From Styela clava (Eukaryota): a stretch of DNA of 64,000 nt. Location: the NCBI RefSeq assembly GCF_964204865.1, contig NC_135255.1, forward strand, positions 6,262,001 through 6,326,000. Direction: 5' to 3'. The translations under genes and the position numbers were made by a program. Numbering within the stretch: position 1 is the stretch's first letter; the number at the start of each line of letters is the position of its first letter. Positions 45,801 through 59,000 of the stretch are shown piece after piece. Under the pieces are notes generated by a model. The model saw only the letters and a list, made by a program, of their open reading frames with translations. It ran no database searches and was not told the origin of the DNA.

Positions 45801-48534
45801 CATAGTTCATTAACGTTGATGTCCAGGTCACCGTCAAAATTCCTCAGCTATTTTGCAGAACAACACATTCGCTACAGGTACTCTAGTATAAACGGGGATT
45901 CTCCGGTTAATCGCTGGTCTTAGAGCACATTTAATACACGGTAATTGCTATTAATAATCTCTAATAATTAATGTCAGTTGGCTAATTTGCAAAATTCATG
46001 TGGTATTCACCATTAATATATATCAGTAATTTTGAAACTCTCTCCTCCATAATTAGATGTTGAATTAGATGTTAGAACCTTGGGTTTTGTTTCCTCGCGG
46101 CTTTCCTTCCCCGGTAATGTAAATATCATTTTTTCCTAAATTATGCATGATTTTTGTCGTTTTATTGGTTGGAAATAATAAACTTGACTTGACTTAAAGC
46201 GAACTACGCTTTGAACAAAAGTTTCGAAGTCATTGGCTGGGTATATATTTGGTTATGTCGTTCTATATTATGACGTCATACTACAAATCGTTGCACTTTA
46301 TTATAAATGTTTTTTAATTACATTCATGTTGTTTCATAATTTTCTTTCTCAAAGTACAATATCATAAATAAAACTAAATTATATCCTCTATAAGCAACAT
46401 TAACGTAGTTTTGATATTTTGAAAATTTATTTTCAGCTGATACAACCTCTGTGATCGCTCTCCGACCAGGCCCACCACCTGTGCCAACGCGACAACATAA
46501 TTTCGTCTACAAACGAAAACCACGCCCTCCGTTTGTCAGCTTACGTAATGCTCCGACTGTGCCGGTATTCAAACGTATTACACGTCACGAACTAGAAGTC
46601 AGAGGACCGAAACCTTACCCTCATCGTTACGACGATGAAAACGCATTTCGAGCTGGTTTTGCAGGAAAAGAAAATGGTGAGAGACAAATATTAAATATTT
46701 AGTAGTTTAATAATAAATGATTTTTTTTGTCATTTTAAGAAATGACACGAGGTGAAAATTTAATATACTGTATAATATACTTGCTTGAAATTGATGAGTT
46801 CCCCGAATACTTTCTTGCATTCTCCAATGTGCCTTCGGGATAGAATCGGTTTCACATCTTTATTCCGGGGAAGAGGAAAGTCGGTAAGACAGCTTGATTA
46901 TGTGACGAACCACGGCCTCTCATCCGGTTTCCAGCAATCCTCTGCCACATAATTGAACCCTGCATGGGATTCGAACCTTCAAACCAACGCGGGATAATCA
47001 GAGGTGCGGAGGGCAAGCGTATTCCTAACGCTTAGCACGATGCATCATACCGCATATACCGCGAGCCCATAGTTCCTGGTCGTGATTAAACCAATAATAC
47101 TCTGTTCCAAATACAAGTTGTGACTTCAAGTTGAATTTACTTTACCCAGTAATGCGCTTAAAGTAATATCATGTGTGTGTGTGTGGTATGGTAATATATG
47201 GCGCTTTAAACAATTTGAGTCTTTTGCGCCAGACAATTTCAATCAAAATTTTGTATATGCCTATAGTACTCTCTTGGTAGATTTCACAAAATCAACAAGA
47301 GCAGGGAAAATGCTAGGGTCGCGTAAGATAGCTTTGAGTTGAAATTCAATGCCATAATCGCGGCATTTCATCTTTAGCATGCGTCTTTCATTTCTATATG
47401 AACGACAGTTCATTAGAAAATGTTCTACTGTCTCTGGATCATTACAGAAATCGCAAAGTCCATTATTATGGCATCCTATTTTATGGAGGTGCCCATTTAA
47501 ACGGCAATGTCCCGTAAAAATAGAGGAACGCTTCACGATTGTGCGTGTCATCCTTGCGCAGGGTAGTAATATGCGAGTGCGACTTTTGTCGAAAATAAGT
47601 TGATATTCATCGCACGCGCAGTTCATTCTAGATAAGACAAATGACGGAATAAGCACGCATTTGTCGGATTCGTTACATTACACTAATGTATTTACGATTC
47701 AGATCAACACTTGAGTATAGATGAAGCAAGTAAAATTTACAGAGCTAATGTAGCTTCTCTAGTACGTCACCCACCATCCATCAATTCCAGCGTACCGTCT
47801 TCAGGTAAGAATGTCCAGATGACCACATATCACCAATCGCTTGGCGGCGATATAGAGTAATATATATGTAACGTTTTCAAGTCGTACAATGTGACTGATT
47901 TTAAAATATTACCTCAAACATAAATTGTATGTTTTTAGTAATTCATTTGTTGACAGGACCGATTACAATGAAAAAAATTGCTTACAATTACATATCTCAA
48001 ATTGACTCCCAAGTATTCGAGATTCGATTCGAAAAAAAATACTCGATTCGATTATGAAATCGTCAGGTATTCGAAAATGCCCAGCTCTAACCATGACGTC
48101 ATCAAAACTTGCGCATCTTGTGGCAGATCCGGGGTTGCGTTAGTCTTGAAGATTGCGGTGGTATACTGTGACAGATTGCATATCCGTACATATCATATCC
48201 ATATTTCTTGCCCATATATTTGAGCATCGCTTTCTTGTCTTAAAAAGAGTTCTACGACGTATTTTACGAGTTTTATTTTATTTTTACAGCCCCTCCGACC
48301 TTTGCACGAGTGCCACCTAAGCAGATTCCTTCTCTTCGTCGTTCATTGAGAAAGGCTGACTTCTCGGACCGTGGAAAACTGCCGGTTAATACCTTCAGAA
48401 AAGTTTTGCAAGAATACGGTGTAACTTTCCGTGATCCAAACGATCTTTACCATTTTCTACGTCACTATGACACAAAATTAAGCGACCAAGTGTCGTATGA
48501 AAGATTCTTACAAAACATAGCAAATGTAGCATAA
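33883..48534 (+). CDS. EFCAB6: EF-hand calcium-binding domain protein 6-like; 21 exons, ~1020 aa
   Basis: Exons 33883-33977, 35564-35696, 36991-37166, 37694-37859, 38359-38474, 38646-38783, 39126-39281, 39381-39421, 39503-39609, 39929-40077, 40546-40659, 40806-40956, 41039-41214, 41359-41487, 41586-41735, 43969-44105, 44637-44779, 45562-45760, 46437-46676, 47703-47804, 48290-48534. All are GT-AG and total 3063 nt in one open frame. Repeated degenerate EF-hand pairs (FRANDPKGEGRV, ARDCHEKGEL, HRDSEGTGILS, FLDPMGTSRI, KADFSDRGKL, YDTKLSDQVSYERFL). The gene model is strong; orthology to EFCAB6 itself is less sure. Confidence 0.75.
42003..43809 (+). mobile_element. Non-autonomous piggyBac-type element in intron 15 of EFCAB6-like
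   Basis: Perfect 13-bp TIR CTCTTCAAGCCCC / GGGGCTTGAAGAG flanked by TTAA on both sides (41999-42002, 43810-43813). Contains an acidic, Ser-rich peptide like a piggyBac transposase N-terminus, but no DDD core. Confidence 0.88.
42152..42503. repeat. Two tandem copies of a ~178-bp unit inside the piggyBac element
   Basis: TCTACAACGC at 42156 and 42333. Near-identical GATATAGTCGATTTAGGCGCTGGGAACACGCCGTTTTGCTTGTAAATAC in both copies. Confidence 0.92.
45130..45460. repeat. Long-TIR fold-back MITE in intron 17 of EFCAB6-like
   Basis: AAGTAGA...TCCAACGCAAACAAAAC..GATCCTGGATTGTTAACATC pairs with GATGTTAAAAATCAAGGATC..GTTTTGTTTGCATTGGA...TCTACTT. Confidence 0.7.
46850..47055 (-). mobile_element. tRNA-derived SINE
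   Basis: Pol III B-box GGTTCGAATCCC on the minus strand at 46977-46966. The head and body are shared with the 15605-15870 copy. Confidence 0.75.
47170..47600 (-). mobile_element. 5'-truncated non-LTR retrotransposon relic (I/Nimb-like C-terminus)
   Basis: Minus ORF 47261-47656 ends in TGHCRLNGHLHKIG...CDFCNDPETVEHFLMNCRSY..R, the CCHC C-terminus of LINE ORF2 proteins. A short 3' UTR and (CA)n follow. Confidence 0.85.
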
Positions 48535-49142
48535 TGCATTCAACTTTTACTGTGCTTAGTATTGAGGTTTTTACTGGAAATAATTGTAATATTTTAGCAT
48601 TTTATTGTACCATAACTTTTCGCCGCCAAAGAGATATGTTTTAGAGGCAGAATATGAAATCTCTCTTCTATTAGGGTATCGTCATCTAAGCAAGTAGTGA
48701 TTGTAAATCTTCCTTGCCGTCTGAAAATGGTTCAAGAGAGATTTAAGAAAGCCTTGTGATTTCGAAAAATATATCGTGAAATGATTTTGTAGTTTATATT
48801 TAAATTTAACAATGTGATACGCCAGGATTTGGACATAGGAAATGGTTAGTTGAATAGATTTAAACTAGTGTATATTTACGTGTTTTATTCGATATGTATA
48901 ATATTTTACTCCACTTTGCCAATGAGATTTGAAACAGCACAGATTTCGCATTTCTTTATTTTCTTTGTCGTAAGGGTAGATCGATATTAAATGTAATTAA
49001 CAGTCCGGAGACAACAATATCTTAGTTACTGATATACGAGGCTATCAAGCACTCACTGAATTTAATAAATTTTGCTTGCAAAAATTAGGTTTTTAGTTTT
49101 ATCCTGTGTTCGTGTTTCATAACATATTCCAAATCTAAGTTT

Positions 49143-49252
49143 GGTACTTCTGAATTATGCGCACCAAGATGTCGCATAACCTGAATCCTAACCTGGTACA
49201 CAACCTAAGTTCAGGTTGTGCGCCATCTTGATGCGCGTACTTCAGGGGGTCC
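49143..49252. mobile_element. 110-bp palindromic MITE
   Basis: Arms CTGAATTATGCGCACCAAGATGTCGCATAACCTGAA / TTCAGGTTGTGCGCCATCTTGATGCGCGTACTTCAG. Exact 8-bp flanking duplication CTAAGTTT (49135-49142, 49253-49260). Confidence 0.85.
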
Positions 49253-50271
49253 CTAAGTTTTTATTATCGCTAATATAATTTCACCAAAAAATGGAGTGAG
49301 CCAAGATATTGCGCAGATTAAATTTAAAAAAAGAATAAGTACAATACATCAGGTATCAATTTTATTTGTATGTTCTTTATATAAATTTTCACTTTATAAT
49401 TATTAGATTGGAATCTCGCAATTACCTATTTAGGATTGTTAATTACTTAAACACCACTGCAAAGTCTTTCATGTCTTGAAAAGCTACGCCTATTTTTTTT
49501 TTTATAAATGAACTACGATATACCGGACGCTCGCGGGTGATTGGCGGATTCCTAATAACATAATGACGCTGATTCGGCTAGATTATCAGTAATGTACATT
49601 TTGGCATTAGTTAATTATCAGTCTAGGCTAATATTGTCGCCGCCCTTTCGCCTGGTTGTCTGCGCTATTTTTTTCTCTCATTCTGACAAATCTATTGTTT
49701 GTACTTTAACTTGGGTTCAACCTTAACGAAAAAGGTTATCTATGACATATATCTCCTGGGAAATTAGTAACGTTAGCGTAAAACTACTTTGACACTTCTC
49801 ACTTGTCAAAAAACACTGCGATATTGTGTTGTTCGCAAGAGCATGTCATTTTCATTTTCGAGAATGCATGATTAACTCACTATTTTATATGTAAATATGA
49901 ATATACACGAAATATTCATGAATTTGAGTACTTTTTATCCGTGGCAGAAAGTGCACTCCTTTTTTATGTCGACATTTGGTGCTCGACAAGTTTTTTGTCC
50001 GATCTGTGACAATTCAAGTATGAGCCAAAATTGGTCACAAATAAAGATTTAGCTTGATTAGACGATTCGAGCCAGGTATGAGCCAAAATTGGTCATAAAA
50101 TAAAGATTTAGCCTGACTAGAGCTAATTTAAATATGTTTTGTGAATGTCTTATAGACATGGTCTATGACCTGGTTCGAATGAAATGACCTTACGCATAAA
50201 CCCTGATCTCAAGACTTAAATTTAACTCCAAAATCCGGTTTTATCGCTTGACTTGATACTTCACATATAAA

Positions 50272-50939
50272 TAGGGTTACCATATTTTTTTGATTTCAAA
50301 GCGGGACTCCTCCAAAGACACGATCCCTTAGCTGTAATCCTGTAATTTTACAGTTTCCGATTTTACTGCATAGGCCTACCTACATTTAAAGCCATCCCGG
50401 CTGTCTTCATTGACCATATTGTCGTCGAGAGTTCATGCGCATATTCTCTGTCTAAATATCGGGTTCAGTTCGAAACATAGAAAGGAATAGACGCTAACGA
50501 TACAAATGATCCGAATTTAGATTTTTTTCGTACAGCAAACGGAATAAACAATAATGAAATAAGTCTGCTGTTTTCAAGCATTGAGAATTTACTTATTCGC
50601 CCAAACATGCTTTTCTGTAGATAACAACCTTCAAAATAACGTTGCTCAATGTTACATTCACGTGAACATCCGAACATGACCAATAAGAATTGATTTTACA
50701 TGTGATACTTCGTTAACAATGTTAGCGGGAAACAACGAAACAAACAAAATAACGCATTCACCTCCAGTAAGTAGGTTGGCGTTGCGCTACACAGCAACAA
50801 CAGTAACGAGAACATGTTCGTGTATTATGCTGGATGGCTGAACGCAAAAGCGGGACATTTAGCTGACTTATCGCGACGGCGGGACAAGACACTGAAAAGC
50901 GGGACTGTCCCGCCTAAAGCGGGACGTATGGTAAGCCTA
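50272..50939. mobile_element. hAT MITE
   Basis: TIR TAGGGTTACCAT / ATGGTAAGCCTA, exact 8-bp TSD CATATAAA (50264-50271, 50940-50947), GCGGGAC subterminal repeats. Confidence 0.88.
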
Positions 50940-53023
50940 CATATAAATGAAGACGGGCTTTAAAAAAAATTGACATTGCAGGAATTCAGTAGCATTTAGT
51001 TCTCATTTGTGATAGGAACATTTTAGTGATTTTGACGCCATGTTTATGCGCTTGTTCGGTAATGCGGCACTGGATCGCGTTGAATTCATGTTCGGAAGAC
51101 TATTGGATGTCATGAATAAGCTTGGGACATCAGCTGTATATATATATATATACATCAAATATATATATAATTTATATATAATTTATAAATATAACAAATT
51201 TATATTTTAAGTGGTAGGAAGAAAATACTTCCTATAAATCGCAAATAGGATTAGTCGAAGTGCTCCTGAATAAAAACTCGTTGTCTAAATTAGATCATCC
51301 GCCATGATCTATAATCGTCCTATAGGAGTTAGGTGTTTCGAGAAAAGCAAATATCACAAGTCTGCTATCCTATTTCATGTCTCCCTGATCAAACAACTTG
51401 AAATACTTGCGCAAATAAAAATAACAATGGGACATGCGACTTCAATCTTATCGTCGATAACTGAGGCTGCCTAGCTTGGGAGGACTAAAAATTGCACGAA
51501 GAAGGATGTTTTATTTTTCTGTATCCATACTTAACATATATACTATACAATGTTAAAAGTCATTGCATCAATTCCTTGTAAACAACGACTGGTTTTTCGC
51601 AATATTTAAAGAGAGATGACCTATTCTAGTGTAACCGGAAATTATTTTACTGCAAGTGAGGCCCAGCCATACGGTCTACTTTTTTCATCGGACGAATGTA
51701 ATTTGACAAGAGGGGACTAGGGACATTCAAATTACTTGGTAAATTTGCAGCATATTTCTGCCGTCTAAGATTACCAAGGCCATGTTGTGGATTGATAGGA
51801 AGAGTTAGTTTCATAGTATTTCAAAAGAAGTTTTGGTGATTTGGTGTTCAAGCGTCACGAAATGAAAAACACCCTGTCGGAAGCTGCCATAAATTGTGTA
51901 TATTATTACGATGAGCGTGGGCTGAGTTTGTCTGCCAAATTTAGGTATCTTTTGTACAAAGCCTTTGCCAAAAAAAGAGTGATTATCAAGATAGGGTTAG
52001 GGTGAGGGTTGGGAATGAAGATTAAGCTGGAGACTATTTGCATTTAAAGACGAATATTTTCCTTAGTATATCTTGATATACTTTAAATTAAATAACGTGC
52101 AGCACATAGGTGCTACATTTATGTTTCTAAAATATGGTATATAGACAATATGTTTTTGTTTGAATAATGAGTGCGTAATTCACAATAACCCGCGAAATCG
52201 TCATGCATTTATTTATTTGCCTTGGGCGCCATGCGTTCGAATTCGCCGGTACCAGCAAGAGAGATTTCCAGCCCCCAGGCGTTCTTCTCCGCACAATCGT
52301 TTATTTTGGGTTTGTTTAACTTTATTCAAATTGCGAGCAGTGATGCATGGCGTCTGGATATTTTTGAAACGCTCTAATTCGAGCGAAGCTAGTCATTTCA
52401 CGCCGGGTTTCAGACGAGCGAGCATGCCGGCGTTTTGGCTGTGCCGAGCGGTCGATCCTGTCTGGCGTATAGGCATTTATTCATTCAGTATGGTGTATTT
52501 TCTCAAGCTCAGCTACACTCCATAAATTATAGTGGCTCATACTGTCAGTGCACACAGAAAATTTAATAGAACAGAATTTAAAAAGGATCCAGAATTTGAG
52601 ACGACCAAAATCCATTGTGGCGTAGTTTGTTTCGCTGTATTACATATACCGACGATACAGCTTCTTGAATTTAGTAATGTTGCCTGGCAAAGTATAAGGT
52701 TATCTACTTGAATGCGTTATTCAGATTGAAGTTTCGCCAGATAGCCGTAGCGTAATGTGGGAAAATACTCGTAATAAGATATCTTTGAAATGCTATTTAT
52801 ACTTCAGTATCATTATGTTGTTGCGGAAAATTCTATATCACCGTATCAAGGATGAAATAAATTGAGAACAATAATATTCAAATATTTTACAACAGAAAAA
52901 TAGTTATATATTTGCTTATATAACTTATTCATCATCCAAAAGCCAACCTGAAAGGCAAACTGGACCGGCAAAGCTTGTGACATTTACCGAACTGACCTAC
53001 GGATTACCGGCACCGGCACGAGT

Positions 53024-56000
53024 ATGGCCTTATCAGAATCAAGCGACAGCTTTTGCAAAACAAGAAACGAGGAGCTGGAACTTCTCGGGGCGAACTATTA
53101 CAAACTAGTAAGTTCTTGCTACTGTTTACATGTGAATTGCCAATCGCCGTGAATATCCTGTGATAAGAATTTTAAGGCGAAGAGTTGTCAGTTTTGTCTT
53201 TATTTTTTATATACCGTGCGTAAGTTAATGAAATATTTATTTTATTTTGCTTCATTGTCCATTGTTTCTTTGTAATCCTATGAACGGTAGGATTAGTTCA
53301 AACGGAGTGACATGCCGCCCTATCACGGTAATAATTGTGGGATACCTGTTGGTCAAATAGATTGCTGCCGTCGCGTTGCTCCCTGAACGGTAGAAGTTTG
53401 TTTTTTTCGTTGTTTACATCGCTAAGAATTTACGCCAATAGTTGTCATAGGGACGTGCATATGGTACCAATCTCCTTCAAATGGCCTTATTAGAAAGGTG
53501 ATGGACTGCCATATATACATCGGATTTGATAAATACAATTGCCTATGGGATACCCTATGCTTTATTCTTTTCCTGTGGTTACTAATTTATATATATTAAA
53601 TAATAGTTTATATATTTAATTTAACTGATTTACTCATTGTATTGTATATGGCGTCAACCCGGGATGCGCAATAAGCCAGTACTTCCTTTTCGCGCGACAG
53701 GAAACTATGCTTCAATCGTTGCTCTGCTCTTTCAGCTAAACGAGTTGTCGCGTATGTAAGATGATACTCTTCCGATTCCATTCAAATGCAATATGTTTTA
53801 CTGTGTAATTTAGAATATTGACTTATTTTACTAGCGATATATTGAAAAAATAATTGAATCTAATAATTGAATAATAAAAGAAATATCATTTATGCGATGT
53901 TGGCTAGAAAATGGGCCAAAAATTACAATCCATTTGTGCACTGCCGTTTACTATTGACGAATGGATTATTGCGTCTAAATATAGCCATCGGCTGGTTATG
54001 AAATATATATCGGCTGGCTCATATTTTATATTGGAATTTTATTATGTGGCATGTGCTACATTGCATATGGATCGTGCATTAAACATAAATTAATTTGGCT
54101 ATCGGGTTTAAATTACTATTTTTAAACATTCGTCTTGGATTACATTAATATTATAGCACACAAATCAAATAATAACGCTAGTACTTTGGACCTTGCTGAG
54201 TGTTTTATGCCAGCATAAATTGTAATTGTTGTCGTTTGTGATTACAAAAACTTGGAAATATCGTGCTACCATAAGCGCGCTTCAGGAATTTAATGGTTTT
54301 ATAAGTAGATAACAAGTCAATTCGTTGATAGTTAGCAGGTATGTTCGTTTTTGTGGGTCGATAAAATGTATGCCCTGACGCATTGCTCTTTACTTGCCTT
54401 GGGAAACATTCGAAAGTGGGTGCTTAATAAAAAGGACTATAGCATCAAATTCTAGCGCCTTTGGCTGATCTTTGGAGAGGCCATTTCTCTTTAGATAATA
54501 GTGTGATAGTTCTAAATATTCAAACAAAGACTTCCCATGTGACATAAGATGCGTTGCAGGGTGGTTTCCAACGCAAATGCTTTATACGATGCCTTGGATT
54601 ATTAAGTATTATGACTACTCATTGTAATCCAGGGTTTTGGCGTATGTAATCATACGCCAAAGTGTTATGGTGCTGTCTCGTGTAACCCACTAATTTTCTC
54701 CATTATAGCAATTCTAGAGCCAGTTGGTCGCTCGCACATTATATTCATCCATGGTGCTAATATTTTTATTTTTCATTGATTAACTAGGTCAAGCATGTAA
54801 TTCCCTGGGTATGGCTTGTCTGATCCATAAGCCCTCGTCTGTTTGGTGTATCAAACAAATAGTCCAATCAATTGTATATTTTTAGCAACAGCATCAGACC
54901 GGATCCCAATAAGAAGAAATGACTAGACGACGTTCAATCAGTCCAGTAAAATTGTTTGTAAACAAAAGCATGCCGATTTCAAGTTAAAAATTAGGAAATC
55001 ACGCCATAGCGATGAATAGCGAGCTTCTATTATACTACGCTTTCTTAAACAGTGAAAATATTCACACTATCATATGTTATCAAAATGCAGCAATTGCACT
55101 AAAAGTCCTTCTGAAAATGCCAGTTATATCTATATTCAAATAAAATAGGGTGCCTGTATGAACACCAATTGTAGTGCACTCACGAAGATACAAGTGTTGA
55201 ATGTTTTCAATGACGGCTTCACTTAGTGGGCCAAACGCATATGCTAGTGCCGTATGTCGCAGTTTATTGATTTTTCATTGTACTCCGTATTATGTTTTAA
55301 TCAAACAAATAAAATTTGAAACATCCCTCGTTCAACTATAATTCCTGATATTCTTAGTTGAAAAGTGGCTGACTACCAAGTAGTCAATTCGAAGCAAATG
55401 TCTGTGGAGCACAACTCCTGGCCCCTTGCGCTCTTGAGCTAATGATTGCTTTTGTTCAAGTTTTTGGCCGCTTTTTGGCGATGAAAATATGGTTATAACT
55501 CATATGTCGACTTTTCACAATTGTCTCTTCGCCAGCCCTTCTACCAATACAATATGTATAGCGAGGACGTTTCAGTACCAAGAAAAACAACAATGTAAAT
55601 CTTGACATCCGGCATATATCCGGGAGTAGCAATGACGAATATCCGATTCTTGTGTACATTCCTGTTTGAGGATAGTGAGTTAGGAAGCCGAGTAGTAATC
55701 TTGTGGAAGCATCGTAGTTTTATTTAGGTTACCCTTACGCTAATTATTCGTGTTCACTTTAACTTTGTACCTTTGTAATTGGTAAGGTTAAACTATATAT
55801 ATATCAAACAATATTTTGCTCGTTGTATAATAGCCTATAGCACGTAAGTGTAGAAAACATTCAAATTAAATATAAATATTGTTAATTCCCGATATCACAA
55901 TTATTATTTGTTTGGGTTGGTTTACTATATTCATTTCTGGTTGAAAGCCCAATGTTTGAATGAAAGATCCATACCAGCACCACTCAAATGAATAATTCAC

Positions 56001-59000
56001 TAATTTCGAGAAATAATATGCTGCGGAAGCGAGTATATTGAATAAAATGATAATAATATCAACCGTCATTATTACGTCTAGGACAAATCCCCTTGAAAGT
56101 TTTGACCTGCTCGCTATTATTCCAAGCCTCTATAGGGAATTGAATTTTCCAGTTACTGTACTCATAGCCGCCGAAACGAACGCTTTCGTATGACCTTAGA
56201 CATGCAGATATTGTATGAGACACCGTATTATATTAATGAGTAATGATAATGGTGGTATGATTTCTGGAAACTAGTGATTTGGATATTTCGATGATATATT
56301 TACATCACAATGCACTAGAGTACTAAAACTGTCTAATTTTGTATAGTACGCTCATCAGAATGACTGGCAAAAACAAATGTCCTGATGTTATTTTCTGTTG
56401 GGTCAAACTCATATTCCAAAGATGTACGATATATGTATTTTATAAATAATATTTACTAGTCATATATTGATATAACGCAATGCTGGATATCATGCTACGA
56501 TAGCAAGAATGCATTTTGAAGAGCTGAACGGATCAACAGCTTGAACTCAACATCTTGATAATTAACGTTACTTTTTACTCAGAAAATTATCAATTATTCG
56601 ATTAGTAGCCTATAATACGATCTCTTTTTGCGACCTGTAGGTGTGTTTTGCATATTTTGAGCGCTGAAAATTGCGATGTCAAACTTAGTAAGCAAATTTA
56701 CATATTTGTTTTCAATGCCGAGACAAGCTTAAGGTATTCTGCGTTTATCGACCAAGAAAGACCTAGCGGTCCGTCAACATTAGCAGTACATATGGATGGC
56801 AAACAAGTTTCGGTTTGTTCAGTAGTTCCAAGTCGAGGAGTTTCTCCTTTTACCTGATAATCATTCTCGTCTTTGATCGAACCCCAAAAACTTTCAAAAT
56901 AACGCTTTTTGAGGGTAGTAAAAAGACCCCATTCACTTTGCCATGTATTGTATTTTTAAACTGCATTCATAGTCACAAACTGAAGTACTAAACACAGACC
57001 ATTTCATTTGTACTACAGATTAGCGAGAACGAAAGAAAACTTCTATAAAGCGATCTAATTTGAGACTATTTTTGGGCTATTACCCACATCCATGCTATGA
57101 TGAACACACTGCAATTCTCAAGCCCCGAAATAGATACCTTGCGTCCAAATCATGTGGTGCCCCTTTGTGACGTCATTTGTTTTGGCGGTCAAGGCATGCG
57201 TAGCTGAATATAAAGTAAAACTAGTGAGCCTGAGTTGACTTGTCAGAATTTTTCATAATGACTCCTTTCCATTTTGTAAAAATTACCAAATAGTTCATAA
57301 TAGAGTAAATTTTATCTCCGATAAGTGTGGAATATCTTTATTACACTTTAATTTATTATGTATTAATGGTTAATGGCGAATTCTAAAAATACATTGGTTC
57401 GTATCATACCGTTAATAGAAAATACTATTCAAGAGCATTTCGAAACTACTAATGTGGCCTATCATCCGATGCTCGTTATGCCTCGAAGCGTTTCGTAGGT
57501 TTCAATGCGAAGATTAAACGATTAATGGTATTTGATAGTATGGAGTGACGATATTTTTACTCCTACTTTTCTTAAGCGGAATTTTTAGTCAGCAATGACC
57601 TCTTGCCTACGATACAAGCGTTGACTACATCGTGGCTGTTATGCAATTTGAACTTGGCCGTGTTTTGTGGTTCAATAAACTAAAACAGTTATGAGTCGAC
57701 ACATTGAATCAGACCGATTTTTGATCCAAACGGCAGATATGTATTTATATATATCGGAAGTATATCAGGCTTAAATCGATTATATCAATTTTACTTCTCT
57801 TTGTAATCAATAACTGTCCTTATCAACTGCCTTGTATGGCCTAATATACGAAACAACGATTCATTTGAGCTCCAAGCGTGGCCTACCTAAGAAGTAAATA
57901 TAGCCTAATGTGATAATATTTCATGCATTGTGTCGATAAACATTCGTGATTTCCAACCTGCTTTTGAGAAATAACATACTAAATTTAGTAAGCAAATACT
58001 TAGACGTCTTCTTCGTGACCTGAGGAAATTCGTGTTTTACGAAAAGGAATTGACGTGTGACGTAATTCGACGTGAACCACCGTCATTCAAGAATTTGTTT
58101 TTTATTCACCCGGATGCGAAAGCCTTAGGCGGAAAAAGTATATTTAGACATTCGCCAAATCGTGTATTATTTGTGACTTTTTAGTTGCGTTCATTTGAAC
58201 ATAAATCAAGTTTTAACGCATTGAAGTTTGTGGTTATGTCCAAATAATAAGATTTTTAGGTTTGTTCGACGGCGAATTCACATTTTATGGCAAGCGGGTC
58301 ATATTACACTCGTGAACTGAATATAAAATTTTATTTCACTATGGCCTATGACAATGCATATCATGCATACAAATAATGAAATTCGTCAACGTTATATTTG
58401 ACTCGGTTTCAGGTTTAATTTTTTCAAAGCTAGTTGTATCGATTCGGAAAATATATTTCCTAACTTCAGGTAGATTCTGAAGCCAGTTTCGTGGTATCAG
58501 AGAAATTTTTACAAAAAGCACAAGATTTTTCGTCTACTCCCGTCAACGTATTGTTTTACAATGGTGTGCTTTTTGGTGGTATTGTATTCGCCTATTTGTG
58601 AAGTCCCCTGTTCTTGGTATTCTTCCACCCCTGTATTACAAAATATATGGAGTACAATTGCGGATGTTTTATGAGATTTAGAGAATTTAATTTGTATATG
58701 ATTCGATGCACCTACGGCTACGTTGTATATACAGGTGTTTACTTTAGTTACTCATACGGTTGTCATCTCACCAAATAGAGAATAATTTGGATTCGCGTAT
58801 CAAGACACCATTCTTTGGCATAAACTGTCACGCCATCTGCAAACAAATTTTGCGCGTCTTTTCAAATACCTTGTGGTTATTTGAACTCTAGTGACGGCAA
58901 TCTTATAACCTATGAACATAAAGACGGGTGTTACCAATCAAACTATATTATTGCTACCATCCGAAAAGGAACTTCTCGCGTGGTCAATTTTTGGCTTAAT

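Noticed and set aside
46960-47050. tRNA gene suggested by GGTTCGAATCCC
   Set aside because: No cloverleaf, and the flanks match other dispersed copies, so it is a SINE head.
50015-50120. ~58-bp tandem duplication
   Set aside because: Real, but a simple two-copy local duplication with no other structure.
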